The notes under the pieces are model-generated. The model had not been told where the DNA came from and ran no database searches. It saw nothing but the letters and a program-made list of their open reading frames with translations. From the NCBI GenBank assembly GCA_047638675.1, contig JBLIML010000005.1:1-53145 (forward strand): 53,145 nt of DNA. The letters run 5' to 3'. Within the stretch, counting starts at the first letter, position 1. Every line of letters begins with the position of its first letter. The position numbers were made by a program, and so were the translations under genes. Of the stretch, positions 15,799 through 25,000 are shown piece by piece. Origin of the DNA: Planctomycetota bacterium. GTDB taxonomy: Bacteria > Pseudomonadota > Gammaproteobacteria > Eutrophobiales > Eutrophobiaceae.

Positions 15799-17973
15799 AT
15801 GACAATACAACAAAAAACCTTTTTCATAATTTTGTTCGGATTAGCAAGCACCATCGGCGTTATTTATACAATATCCAAGGGCATTGTAAGCTCAAGCTTT
15901 CAACAATTGGAAAGCAAATACGTGCGGGCAAATACGCAGCGTGCGTTTCAGATATTGGTAAATGAACTGGACCACATGTCTACCTTTGCTCAATCTCAAT
16001 CTGAATTGGAAATGTTTTTTCTAAACCTCGACCAGTCCGATGATAAAAGAATACAGGAAATTCTTGCCGACAGTAGTCCCGCTTTCCAAAGATTCAATCT
16101 CATTGCATTTTTTGATCATAACGGAACTCTTTCATACGGCCATTTTAAAAAAGAATATCAGACTGATTTATATTCCTTGCCTGCAAGTTGGCAGACAAAC
16201 ATGTCTCCCGAACATCCCTTATTTATTCCCAGAGACAATAAAGGCCGTTCAAACGGTTTAATGAAAATGCCTGATGATAGCGCTATTTTTATTAATTCAA
16301 AAATCATCAGAAAAAATACCCTGAATAAGACACCCAATGGAACCCTGATATTGGGCCAGACAATTGAACTAAAAATAATTCAACGCCTGGTTCAAGTATC
16401 AAAAACATCAATGAACCTGCTTACCTTCGATGAAGCCTTGTCTGAAAAAAGTAATAGCGACTTTTATAAATCACTGAGCATCAACGCTCCTTTCCAGGTG
16501 CGCATTATTGACGAACAAACAATTAATGGTTTTCTTCTTTTAAAAGACATTCGCAATCAGCCAGCTTTTGTATTGAAAATTTCCTTCCCAAGAGATATTT
16601 ATCTACAAGGTGAAATCACCCTGGATTATTACACAAATTTATTAGTGTTAATCGGCATTGCAACTATTTTATTTGTTCTTCTGTTAATGAATCAACTGGT
16701 GTTATCCAGGCTAAATCGCCTCAGTCGCGGAATAAAAAAAGTACAGGCAAGCGGTGACCTAAAAAATCACATAGAAATCAATGGTGATGATGAATTCAAT
16801 TACCTGGCCAGGATATTTAATGAGTTGCTTGATAGTTTGCAATTATCGCGAGAGGAATTGGAAATACAAATTGACGAGCGAATTACCGTAGAAAAAGAAA
16901 TTCGTAAAAGCCATAGTCTTTATAATCAAGCTGAATTAATCGGCAAACTCGGACATTGGGAATGGGATTTGACCAATGACCGTCTTATTTCGTGTTCTGA
17001 ACAATTTGCCCATATATATGATCTGACAATTGATGAGGCAGTGATCCGTTTTTTCAGTGAGAATAAATTACTTGAGTCAGTTCACGAAGATGATAGAGCA
17101 CACGTAAAAGCTCGATTGAAGGAAGCCTTTGATAATAAACAATCTCTGAATTTAGAATATAGAATAATCTCTTCGTCAGGAGAGCTCCGTCATGTCCATC
17201 AAATGGGCCGGGTACTACTAGACCGCAATAATACTACGGAAATATCCGTTGGCACCCTGCAGGATATAACTAAACAAAAAGAAGCCCAGGATAAACTCGA
17301 GTCGTATCAAAATAAACTTCGATTGTTAATGTCTGAAATAGTACTGGTTGAAGAAAAGGAACGGCGGCGTATTTCGATAGAGTTGCATGACAATACCATA
17401 CAAAATCTAGGCCTGTCCAAATTTAGATTGTCAGTATTTAAAAACACTTTAGGCAAAGACACACCGACGATTATATTGGACCAAGTTATTAAAACAATTG
17501 ACAAGGCAATTAAGGATATTCGCAATCTAATTTTTGAGTTAAGTCCACCGATACTTTATGAATTAGGGTTCGTGCCGGCAATTGAGTGGTTGGCAGAAAA
17601 GTTTTATTTGGAGAGAGGCCTGGTTTGCACAGTAAAAGATGACGGAGAAAATAAACTTCTTGATGTTACTACCAGTGTTATGTTATTTCAGATCATACGA
17701 GAGTTGCTGCTTAATATAGTCAAGCACGCAAAAGCAGACCATGCGATCATCACCATTTATTGTGTTGAGAAACGAATCAAGATTGAAGTGAGCGATGATG
17801 GCATTGGTTTCGATATTTCCTCAATGGAAAAATCCATTGTCGTACCACAAGGATATGGTCTATTCAGCATCAGGGAAAGATTGAGTACGCTGGGAGAGAA
17901 GCTTGTAATAGAATCAAATCGCGGATCTGGTACAAAGATTAGCTTTGCTGCACCACTTACACCGACAGACTGA
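15799..17973 (+). CDS. Sensor histidine kinase (large extracytoplasmic sensor, HAMP, PAS, HisKA_3, HATPase_c)
   Basis: Two TM segments (FFIILFGLASTIGVIYTI and LLVLIGIATILFVLLLMNQLVL) bracket a region of about 250 aa. PAS block GHWEWDL...EYRIISSSGELRHVH. H-box RRRISIELHDNTIQNL (NarX/DegS type). ATPase blocks DDGIGFD and GYGLFSIRERL...GSGTKISF. Confidence 0.9.
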   Translation: MTIQQKTFFIILFGLASTIGVIYTISKGIVSSSFQQLESKYVRANTQRAFQILVNELDHMSTFAQSQSELEMFFLNLDQSDDKRIQEILADSSPAFQRFNLIAFFDHNGTLSYGHFKKEYQTDLYSLPASWQTNMSPEHPLFIPRDNKGRSNGLMKMPDDSAIFINSKIIRKNTLNKTPNGTLILGQTIELKIIQRLVQVSKTSMNLLTFDEALSEKSNSDFYKSLSINAPFQVRIIDEQTINGFLLLKDIRNQPAFVLKISFPRDIYLQGEITLDYYTNLLVLIGIATILFVLLLMNQLVLSRLNRLSRGIKKVQASGDLKNHIEINGDDEFNYLARIFNELLDSLQLSREELEIQIDERITVEKEIRKSHSLYNQAELIGKLGHWEWDLTNDRLISCSEQFAHIYDLTIDEAVIRFFSENKLLESVHEDDRAHVKARLKEAFDNKQSLNLEYRIISSSGELRHVHQMGRVLLDRNNTTEISVGTLQDITKQKEAQDKLESYQNKLRLLMSEIVLVEEKERRRISIELHDNTIQNLGLSKFRLSVFKNTLGKDTPTIILDQVIKTIDKAIKDIRNLIFELSPPILYELGFVPAIEWLAEKFYLERGLVCTVKDDGENKLLDVTTSVMLFQIIRELLLNIVKHAKADHAIITIYCVEKRIKIEVSDDGIGFDISSMEKSIVVPQGYGLFSIRERLSTLGEKLVIESNRGSGTKISFAAPLTPTD

Positions 17974-17981
17974 GATTTTAT

Positions 17982-18635
17982 ATGACCCAACGCATTCTGA
18001 TTGCAGATGACCATCAAATTTTTCGTGAGGGTCTTTGCTCCTTACTAAAAACGCTAGAGGACGTCGAAATATTGGGTGAAGCGGATAACGGTCGATCCCT
18101 GATTGACATGGTCAAAAAATCGCCGCCCGATATGGTTATACTCGACGTGGCTATGCCTGGCATGAACGGTGTTGATGCCGCCAGACAGATAAAAGCCTTC
18201 GACGACAAAATCAAAGTGCTCGCACTTTCCATGCATTCAGATAGCCGATTTGTGAAGCAAATGTTACAGGCAGGGGCATCAGGTTATTTGTTAAAAGATT
18301 GTGCTTTTGAAGAACTGACTCTTGCCATGCAAACCATTGCTAATGAACAAATCTATTTGAGCCCCGGTGTTACCAATCTCGTCGTCAAAGATTACCTCCA
18401 TCACCTCTCAGAGGGTAACACTGCCAGTCCTGAAATATTGACACCACGGGAAAGAGAAACCTTACAATTGCTTGCAGAAGGGAACTCTACTGGCCAAATT
18501 GCAAAATTACTCAATATAAGTAGCAAAACAGTGGAGACCCATCGGCGGCAAATCATGAACAAACTGGCGCTAAAAAGTATTGCGGAATTAACAAAATATG
18601 CCATTCGTGAGGGCATCACCTTGCTGGGTGAATAA
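17982..18635 (+). CDS. NarL/FixJ-family response regulator (REC plus LuxR-type HTH)
   Basis: ILIADDHQIFREGL...MVILDVAMPGMNG receiver domain. C-terminal LTPRERETLQLLAEGNSTGQIAKLLNISSKTVETHRRQIMNKL. Confidence 0.95.
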   Translation: MTQRILIADDHQIFREGLCSLLKTLEDVEILGEADNGRSLIDMVKKSPPDMVILDVAMPGMNGVDAARQIKAFDDKIKVLALSMHSDSRFVKQMLQAGASGYLLKDCAFEELTLAMQTIANEQIYLSPGVTNLVVKDYLHHLSEGNTASPEILTPRERETLQLLAEGNSTGQIAKLLNISSKTVETHRRQIMNKLALKSIAELTKYAIREGITLLGE

Positions 18636-18792
18636 GGCCTTCTGTTTCCCCGCTGGCATACATTTGCCGTGATTTTATAGCTTTTACCCTTCTCTAAGGT
18701 ATTCAGAGGCCAAATATCAGTCAACTCCTGATAGTCATTGACACTTAAACCAACTATGCTGTAGGTGTCTGGAACACTAACTAATACAAGTT

Positions 18793-19203
18793 ATGCTAAT
18801 GAAAACCACACGTGGATTTACCTTAATTGAACTGATGATCGTTGTTGCGATTATCGCCATAATGGCCGCAGTTGGCTATCCCTCCTATCTAACATCGGTA
18901 ACCAAAGCACGGCGCTCAGATGCACAACAACTTATGCTGGATGTGGTTAATCGAGAAGAACAGGTGTTGATTGACCAACGCACTTATGGCTTTAATTTTA
19001 CTACTTTGGGCATTGTTAAGGAAGATTGGACATGTGTCGCCGCCAACTGCACCAATGACTTTTATACCGTCACCCTGGTTGGAGCTATTACTGATGTCCC
19101 GCCAGTCTATACTGTGACGGCAACTCCCTCTGGCACACAGACCGCTGATGGTGTCCTGACTATCAACAATACGGGTGCCAAAACACCCGCTGACAAGTGG
19201 TAA
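18793..19203 (+). CDS. pilE: Type IV pilin-like protein PilE
   Basis: Class III signal (MLMKTTRG|FTLIELMIVVAIIAIMAAVGYPSY) followed by KARRSDAQQ, typical of PilE. Confidence 0.85.
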   Translation: MLMKTTRGFTLIELMIVVAIIAIMAAVGYPSYLTSVTKARRSDAQQLMLDVVNREEQVLIDQRTYGFNFTTLGIVKEDWTCVAANCTNDFYTVTLVGAITDVPPVYTVTATPSGTQTADGVLTINNTGAKTPADKW

Positions 19204-19207
19204 TTAG

Positions 19208-19771
19208 ATGGCGCGACAGTTACACATTTTATCGGTATTTCCTTTGCCAGGAAAACTAGCCTCCCTTAGACGGAGCAGTGGCTTTACCATAATTGAATTA
19301 CTGATCACGGTTTCAATAGCAGGTACGCTAATGGCGATAGGACTCCCTTCCTTGCAAAATTTTTTATTGACGCAGAAAGTCAGAACGGCGACGTCCGACA
19401 TACATGTTGGTCTGTTACTTGCCCGCAGCGAAGCGATTAAGCGTAATACTGATGTTGAACTCGATAGAAACACAACAAGCTGGACTGGTGGTTGGAACGT
19501 AGAGATTAAGTCAAGCGGTTCCATTATCAGGACACAAGACGCGTTTAACGGCTTAACCATTACTTGTAATACCAATGCTGATGCTGCTGCCGAAGCCTGT
19601 CCCGCAACCGTTGAACTCTCCCGGACTGGACGCCCAACGACCTTTACTGAGTTTCGCGTTTTTGTAAATGGCAATACAAGTATCGCTGCGCGCTGTCTTT
19701 CATTGCGCTTAAGTGGCGTGCCACGCATTACAATGGATACCGATCAAGACAGCAGCGACGGGTGTGACTAA
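19208..19771 (+). CDS. GspH/FimT/FimU-family minor pilin
   Basis: SGFTIIELLITVSIAGTLMAIGLPSLQNFL... prepilin N-terminus followed by a GspH-like body. The leader is unusually long if ATG 19208 is used, so the start is uncertain. Confidence 0.75.
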   Translation: MARQLHILSVFPLPGKLASLRRSSGFTIIELLITVSIAGTLMAIGLPSLQNFLLTQKVRTATSDIHVGLLLARSEAIKRNTDVELDRNTTSWTGGWNVEIKSSGSIIRTQDAFNGLTITCNTNADAAAEACPATVELSRTGRPTTFTEFRVFVNGNTSIAARCLSLRLSGVPRITMDTDQDSSDGCD

Positions 19772-20388
19772 TGAAAAGAACCTTAGTAATACGAACCCAT
19801 TCCGGGTTCTCAATGATAGAAATTTTAATAGCCCTGTTTGTGACACTGATTGGTCTTCTCGGGATCGGGGCCTTACAGGCAAAAGCTCAACAAGCGGAAT
19901 TTGAGTCTTATCAACGGGCTCAGGCCCTGGTGATTCTGTCGGATATTGTAGACCGTGTTAACATCAATCGATCTACCATCGCCTGTTTTGCCATCACCAC
20001 TAACACCACCACGGGCTTGCCATTTCTGGGTGCCACAGGCACAGGTCATCTTGGAACACCTACCTGTGCGGCCAGCACCACGACTTATAACACTCAGGCG
20101 GTTGCCACATTAAATGCCATTGATTCCTTGTTGCTGGGTAGCGCCGAACGATTGTCCGGTGCCAATGTCGGCGCGATGATCGGCGCCAGGGCCTGCCTCT
20201 CTTACGATGCTAGTACCGAATTAAGCGCTGTTGCTGGAACGGGTTATTTCACGGTGGTCATAAGCTGGCAAGCATTGTCTGATTTACCCGTACCCCTTAA
20301 TAAGAACTGTGCTAACACGCTATACGGCGATTTGACAAAACGCCGTGCGATTTCAACCCGTTTTCGCGTGGCCAATTTATTCGGGTAA
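19771..20388 (+). CDS. pilV: Type IV pilus minor pilin PilV
   Basis: HSGFSMIEILIALFVTLIGLLGIGALQAKA...YQRAQA. The start overlaps the previous stop (TAATG at 19769-19773). Confidence 0.85.
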   Translation: MKRTLVIRTHSGFSMIEILIALFVTLIGLLGIGALQAKAQQAEFESYQRAQALVILSDIVDRVNINRSTIACFAITTNTTTGLPFLGATGTGHLGTPTCAASTTTYNTQAVATLNAIDSLLLGSAERLSGANVGAMIGARACLSYDASTELSAVAGTGYFTVVISWQALSDLPVPLNKNCANTLYGDLTKRRAISTRFRVANLFG

Positions 20389-20394
20389 ATAGCT

Positions 20395-21564
20395 ATGATT
20401 ATGGATCTGTATAAAAGTAACCAACAGAGCGGCGTAACACTTGTCGAGCTGTTAGTCGCAATCTCCATTGGTGCCTTCATGATGCTCGGCCTGACAACCA
20501 CCTTTCAAAACTCAAGCAGAGCCCAGCGTGCCCTGGTCAAGTCGAATGAGCTAATAGAAAACGGTCGTTATGCCATCAGCATTTTGTATGAGGATCTGCG
20601 ACATGCTGGTTATTATGGGCATTTTTATAACCTTGGTAACCCGCTGGCGAACTTGCCCGATCCATGTGAGATAGGTAACCTTGCTTCACTAAGAGCTAGC
20701 ATGGCAATCCCCGTGCAAAGCTACACTTCGGCGGATTTGGCCACCGCAGCAGTCATCGCTAGTACCCCTAATACCTGTGCTGGGACATGGTTGACTGCGG
20801 CTAATCTGGCAGTGGGTTCTGACATTCTGGTGATACGCCGTGCCGATACAGCTGTTTTTACCGGTACGCCTAATCCGGGCGAAGTCTATCTACAGTCAAA
20901 TGTCCTTAATGCGAATTTATTGGAGGGTAATATCAGTGCGACGGTTCCTCCCACTTCGCCTGTGCCGACAGTGGGTGCCCCTGGACTTGCCGCTGATAAT
21001 ACGACAACCAATTTACTCAAGTATCCCAGTAAAACCGGCGATGCGACGATAGCAGAGACACGTAGTTTTCATGTTCACGTGTATTTTGTCGCGCCCTGTA
21101 GCTTTGGTAGCGGTGCCAATGGCATATGTGCCGGCGGTGATGATGCTATCCCCACTCTCAAACGTCTGGAGTTGGGTTCAGATGGTTCCGACCCAACAAT
21201 GAATATCGTACCTCTTGTTGAAGGCATCGAATTCATGAAGCTGGAATACGGCATTGATTCGACACCCACTACGACGAATCCCGTCACCGGCTTGCAGGGC
21301 GACGGCATTCCAGACTTTTATGTGCCCAGCGCGAGCACGACCCAACTCCCCATGGCGGTCTCATTCAGAATTCATTTGCTAGTGAGGGCCACAGAGGAGG
21401 CAAGCGGTCATGCCGACACCAAACAATACGTGTTACCGCCAGTGCCGGCGGCACCCACGGTTCCGATCCTGACCACAGCAACCGGCGATAAATTCAAACG
21501 TCATATTTTTACAACCGAGGTACGCCCCATGAACTTAAGCGGGCGAAGAGAGATACCCGAATGA
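20395..21564 (+). CDS. pilW: Type IV pilus minor pilin / assembly protein PilW
   Basis: QSGVTLVELLVAISIGAFMMLGL...ENGRYAISILYEDLRHAGYYG is the PilW signature N-terminus. Confidence 0.8.
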   Translation: MIMDLYKSNQQSGVTLVELLVAISIGAFMMLGLTTTFQNSSRAQRALVKSNELIENGRYAISILYEDLRHAGYYGHFYNLGNPLANLPDPCEIGNLASLRASMAIPVQSYTSADLATAAVIASTPNTCAGTWLTAANLAVGSDILVIRRADTAVFTGTPNPGEVYLQSNVLNANLLEGNISATVPPTSPVPTVGAPGLAADNTTTNLLKYPSKTGDATIAETRSFHVHVYFVAPCSFGSGANGICAGGDDAIPTLKRLELGSDGSDPTMNIVPLVEGIEFMKLEYGIDSTPTTTNPVTGLQGDGIPDFYVPSASTTQLPMAVSFRIHLLVRATEEASGHADTKQYVLPPVPAAPTVPILTTATGDKFKRHIFTTEVRPMNLSGRREIPE

Positions 21565-21995
21565 ATTTAGCCAAAAAACAGAGCGGTACAGTATTGTTCA
21601 TTGCACTGATATTCCTGGTCATCATGACCTTGTACGCTGTTTCTTCTATAAATATGAGCACCACCAACCTGAAAATTGTCGGTAATATGCAAGCCATCAA
21701 AGAGATGGATGCAGATGCCCAGGATGCCATTGAGCAAACACTCAGTGATATGAATCAATTTAGCCTGACCCCCGCTGCCAGTACTGTAAGTGGTGCAATA
21801 GGGTCTGTTGACGTTGCCACCCCAGAATGTATCCAGAGTCGAACCGCTACCGGCTACAGCGCCGTGGCTGGCGACATCATCCCTGAAGACAACACCTGGG
21901 AATTGACGGCAACCGTCAGTGACAGCGTCACAGGTGCAGCTTCAACAATTCATCAAGGCGTGGAAATACGCATGTTGGCAGGTAACTGCCCTTAA
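21561..21995 (+). CDS. pilX: Type IV pilus minor pilin PilX
   Basis: KKQSGTVLFIALIFLVIMTLYAVSSINMSTTNLKIVGNMQ (PilX_N type). ATGA overlap with pilW at 21561-21564. Confidence 0.75.
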   Translation: MNLAKKQSGTVLFIALIFLVIMTLYAVSSINMSTTNLKIVGNMQAIKEMDADAQDAIEQTLSDMNQFSLTPAASTVSGAIGSVDVATPECIQSRTATGYSAVAGDIIPEDNTWELTATVSDSVTGAASTIHQGVEIRMLAGNCP

Positions 21996-22022
21996 TTTCT
22001 ATTTCTAATCAGGAGTACTCCT

Positions 22023-25000
22023 ATGCGCTATTTTTCAATAATTCAGAAAAATACCCGATTACAGGCATTTCTTACGACCTTGCTGTTAACAGTGTGCGCG
22101 GGCATACCACAGACCTATGCTGATTTTGACCCGGTTAACGATGATACGGACATTTTTCTCTCTAATCCCAATGTGCCCGCTCAGCGCCCGAATATTTTAA
22201 TCTTCCTGGATAACACAGCTAACTGGAACACGGCCTTTGATAATGAAAAAAGCGCTTTGGTAGGTGTTGTTAACAACTTGTCAGATCAATTTAATGTCGG
22301 TCTGTTGATGTTCCCGGAAACTGGCGGTGATAACGATAGCATCGATGGAGCCTATATTCGCTTTGCCGTGCGGCAAATGACGAACGCTAATAAAACCGTT
22401 CTCTCAAACCTGGTAAACGGCCTCAATAAAATAGCCGACAAAGGCAATAACGCCAGTCCGGCACAGGGCATGATTGAAATCCACCGCTATCTGTCCGGCG
22501 GGACTTCGCGTGCCGGTCACGGCAAGGTTAAAACGGATTATGCCAGTAATACTGATGAGCCTGGTGGGCACCCGGCTACCAATGCGGGTTTAGGAGGACA
22601 TGCCCTGCCGGCATCTCCAACCGCCAGTTCTACCTATACCTCGCCCATTGCTGATTCATGTCAAAGTAATTTTATGATTTATATCAGCAATGGTCCGGCC
22701 GGTGAAAATGCTTCTGGATTGTCCGTAGCGGAAGCGGATCTGGCAGCGCAAGGCTACGATACAAGCAGTGTCATTGGCCTGACGCCCAGCGGTCAACAGG
22801 GTAACTGGATGGATGAATGGGCCAAATACATGGCCAATGCGGACGTCAGTCCGCTCGGTGGTAGTCAGAACCTAACCTCGTATGTGGTCGAGGTAGATCC
22901 GGGACTGACAGGTCAGGGCCCGAACATGACTGCACTGATGGAGAGCGTTGCCTTAAATGGTAATGGTGAATATTTTGCCGTATCAAGTGGCAATGCAGGT
23001 ACCGCTATCGTCAATGCCCTGAACCAGATATTTACAGAGATACAGGCAGTAAATAGTGTATTCGCCTCGAGTACCCTGCCTGTCAGTGTCAACGTCCGTG
23101 GCACCAACCTGAATCAGGTATACATCGGTGTGTTCCGACCTGATGAAAACAAAAGTCCACGTTGGTTTGGTAATTTAAAAATGTACCAACTGGGCTTTAA
23201 TACCTCAACCAGTACATTGTTCCTCTCCGATGCGGCAGGCGGCGAGGCGGAAAACCCGGAGACCGGCTTTATCAATTCCAGCGCTCCCAGCTTCTGGACC
23301 ACAGCGAGTACCTACTGGTCTTACCGTACCGCAGATGAAAACGGCGCTGGTGGTTCCTCTGATTTACCTGATGGTGACCTGGTGGAAAAGGGTGGCGCCG
23401 CACAAAATCTGCGACTGGATTTTGCAGCGACGCAAGCGGGTCGCGATTTGTACACCTGCACGGGCGCCTGCACAGATGGCTCGAGCTTATCCTCTACCCC
23501 GTTTGCTACTACCAATACCGATATTACTAATGTCGCGCTTGGATTGGGCAGCACAGCGGTATCTCCTTTAACAGGCTTCGTAACCCAAACCGGCCTTGCC
23601 ATCACCGACACCTTCACCGTTACTTCTGCCAGTACTTCTACAGGAGGTCTCACCACTACCCTGTCGACGGATGCTGTGGGTCAGACGATTACAGCGCTGA
23701 GTTCGAGTAACAGTACGGTTATTACTGCAGCTAATGACGGCTCCATTTCGCAGAGCTTTGATGGTTTAAACCGCGCCACTGGCAACCCCAAAAATCCTGT
23801 AGAAGCCACTATTAATGGTCATGGTTATAGCACGGGCACCGTGGTTACCATCGCTGGTGTCAGTGCCTCTGAATACAACGGTACCTTTAGCATTATCAAA
23901 GTCGATAATAATGTTTTTAAATACGATACAGGTAACAGTAATCCTGCTAATAGCCCGATCTTTGCCAGCGCCACAGCAACGACCACGTCATCCATTCTTA
24001 CCGTTACTGCGCCCGGCCATGGGCTGACGGATCCAGGCACCGATGGGAACATTACACTTACCGGAATCGCGCCGACCGATTATAACGCAACATACAGTAG
24101 CTGGAGTGTGATTGGTGATAATATCTCCATCACCCTGGCATCGCCCCTGGCGTCGATTACGTCCTTTGCTAGCGCAAGAATCATCGGTGGCGCCTCCGTA
24201 GTTGCGATGGCAACTGTACCAAGCCATGGTTATAGCACCAATAATTCTGTCATTATCAATGGTGCCACACAAACTGGCTATAATGGAACGCGTACGATTA
24301 CGGTTATCGACGCTAATAGATTTAGATTCCCCGTTGCCTCTTTAATTGCCGCGGATAACAGCGGTACTGCGAAAGCATTTGTCGGGAATGCCACTGTTAC
24401 GGCCACCGCAACTGCCCATGGCTTCACTAATGGACAAGTTGTCACCATAGCCGGCACTGTCGATACCGGTTACGGTGGGGCCTTCGCTATTTCCAATGCG
24501 ACCGCGAACACTTTTGAATACACTACCCTGGCGCGACCTGCGAACACTGGCAGTCCCGTCACAGTGGCGGCGGGTGTTACAACCACCGCGAGCGCGGTTA
24601 TCCCCGGACATAAATTTGTCGTAGGCGACAATGTGGACTTCAGCGGAGCAACACCCACTGACTATAACCAGACAACTGCCAACATCGACACTGTTGTCGG
24701 CGATACCGTCACCTACTCGGTGGCTCCCGCGACACCAACAGCGGCCACAAGTCCATTTATTGTTAAGCGAACACTCCCAACCGCTTATGCGACCCTCACC
24801 GGACACGGTTATTTATCGTTAGGTCAGATCACAATCCAGGGTGCTGACCAAGGTGGCTATAATAAGAGTGATGCAATTATCACGGTGCTTGATGCCGATA
24901 ACTTTAGATACCTGATCCCGGCTAATGTAAATGCTGATGCCACCGGCACTATTACGGCTTCCATAAAAACGACGACGGCAACGGCGAGAGCAGTGGCACA

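Noticed and set aside
18654-18668. A sigma54-type promoter (TGGCAT-N4-TTGC) upstream of pilE
   Set aside because: The GG-to-GC spacing is one nucleotide short of the strict -24/-12 geometry, and no enhancer-binding regulator is nearby.
19204-19728. A 174-aa ORF antisense to the FimT-like gene. Similar long antisense or alternative-frame ORFs occur at 3620-4090, 7122-7469, 12851-13369, 24342-24806, 25929-26366, 38149-38688 and 45141-45530.
   Set aside because: Each is fully embedded in a well-supported gene on the other strand or frame. All have low-complexity Ser/Arg/Ala-rich translations and no family resemblance.
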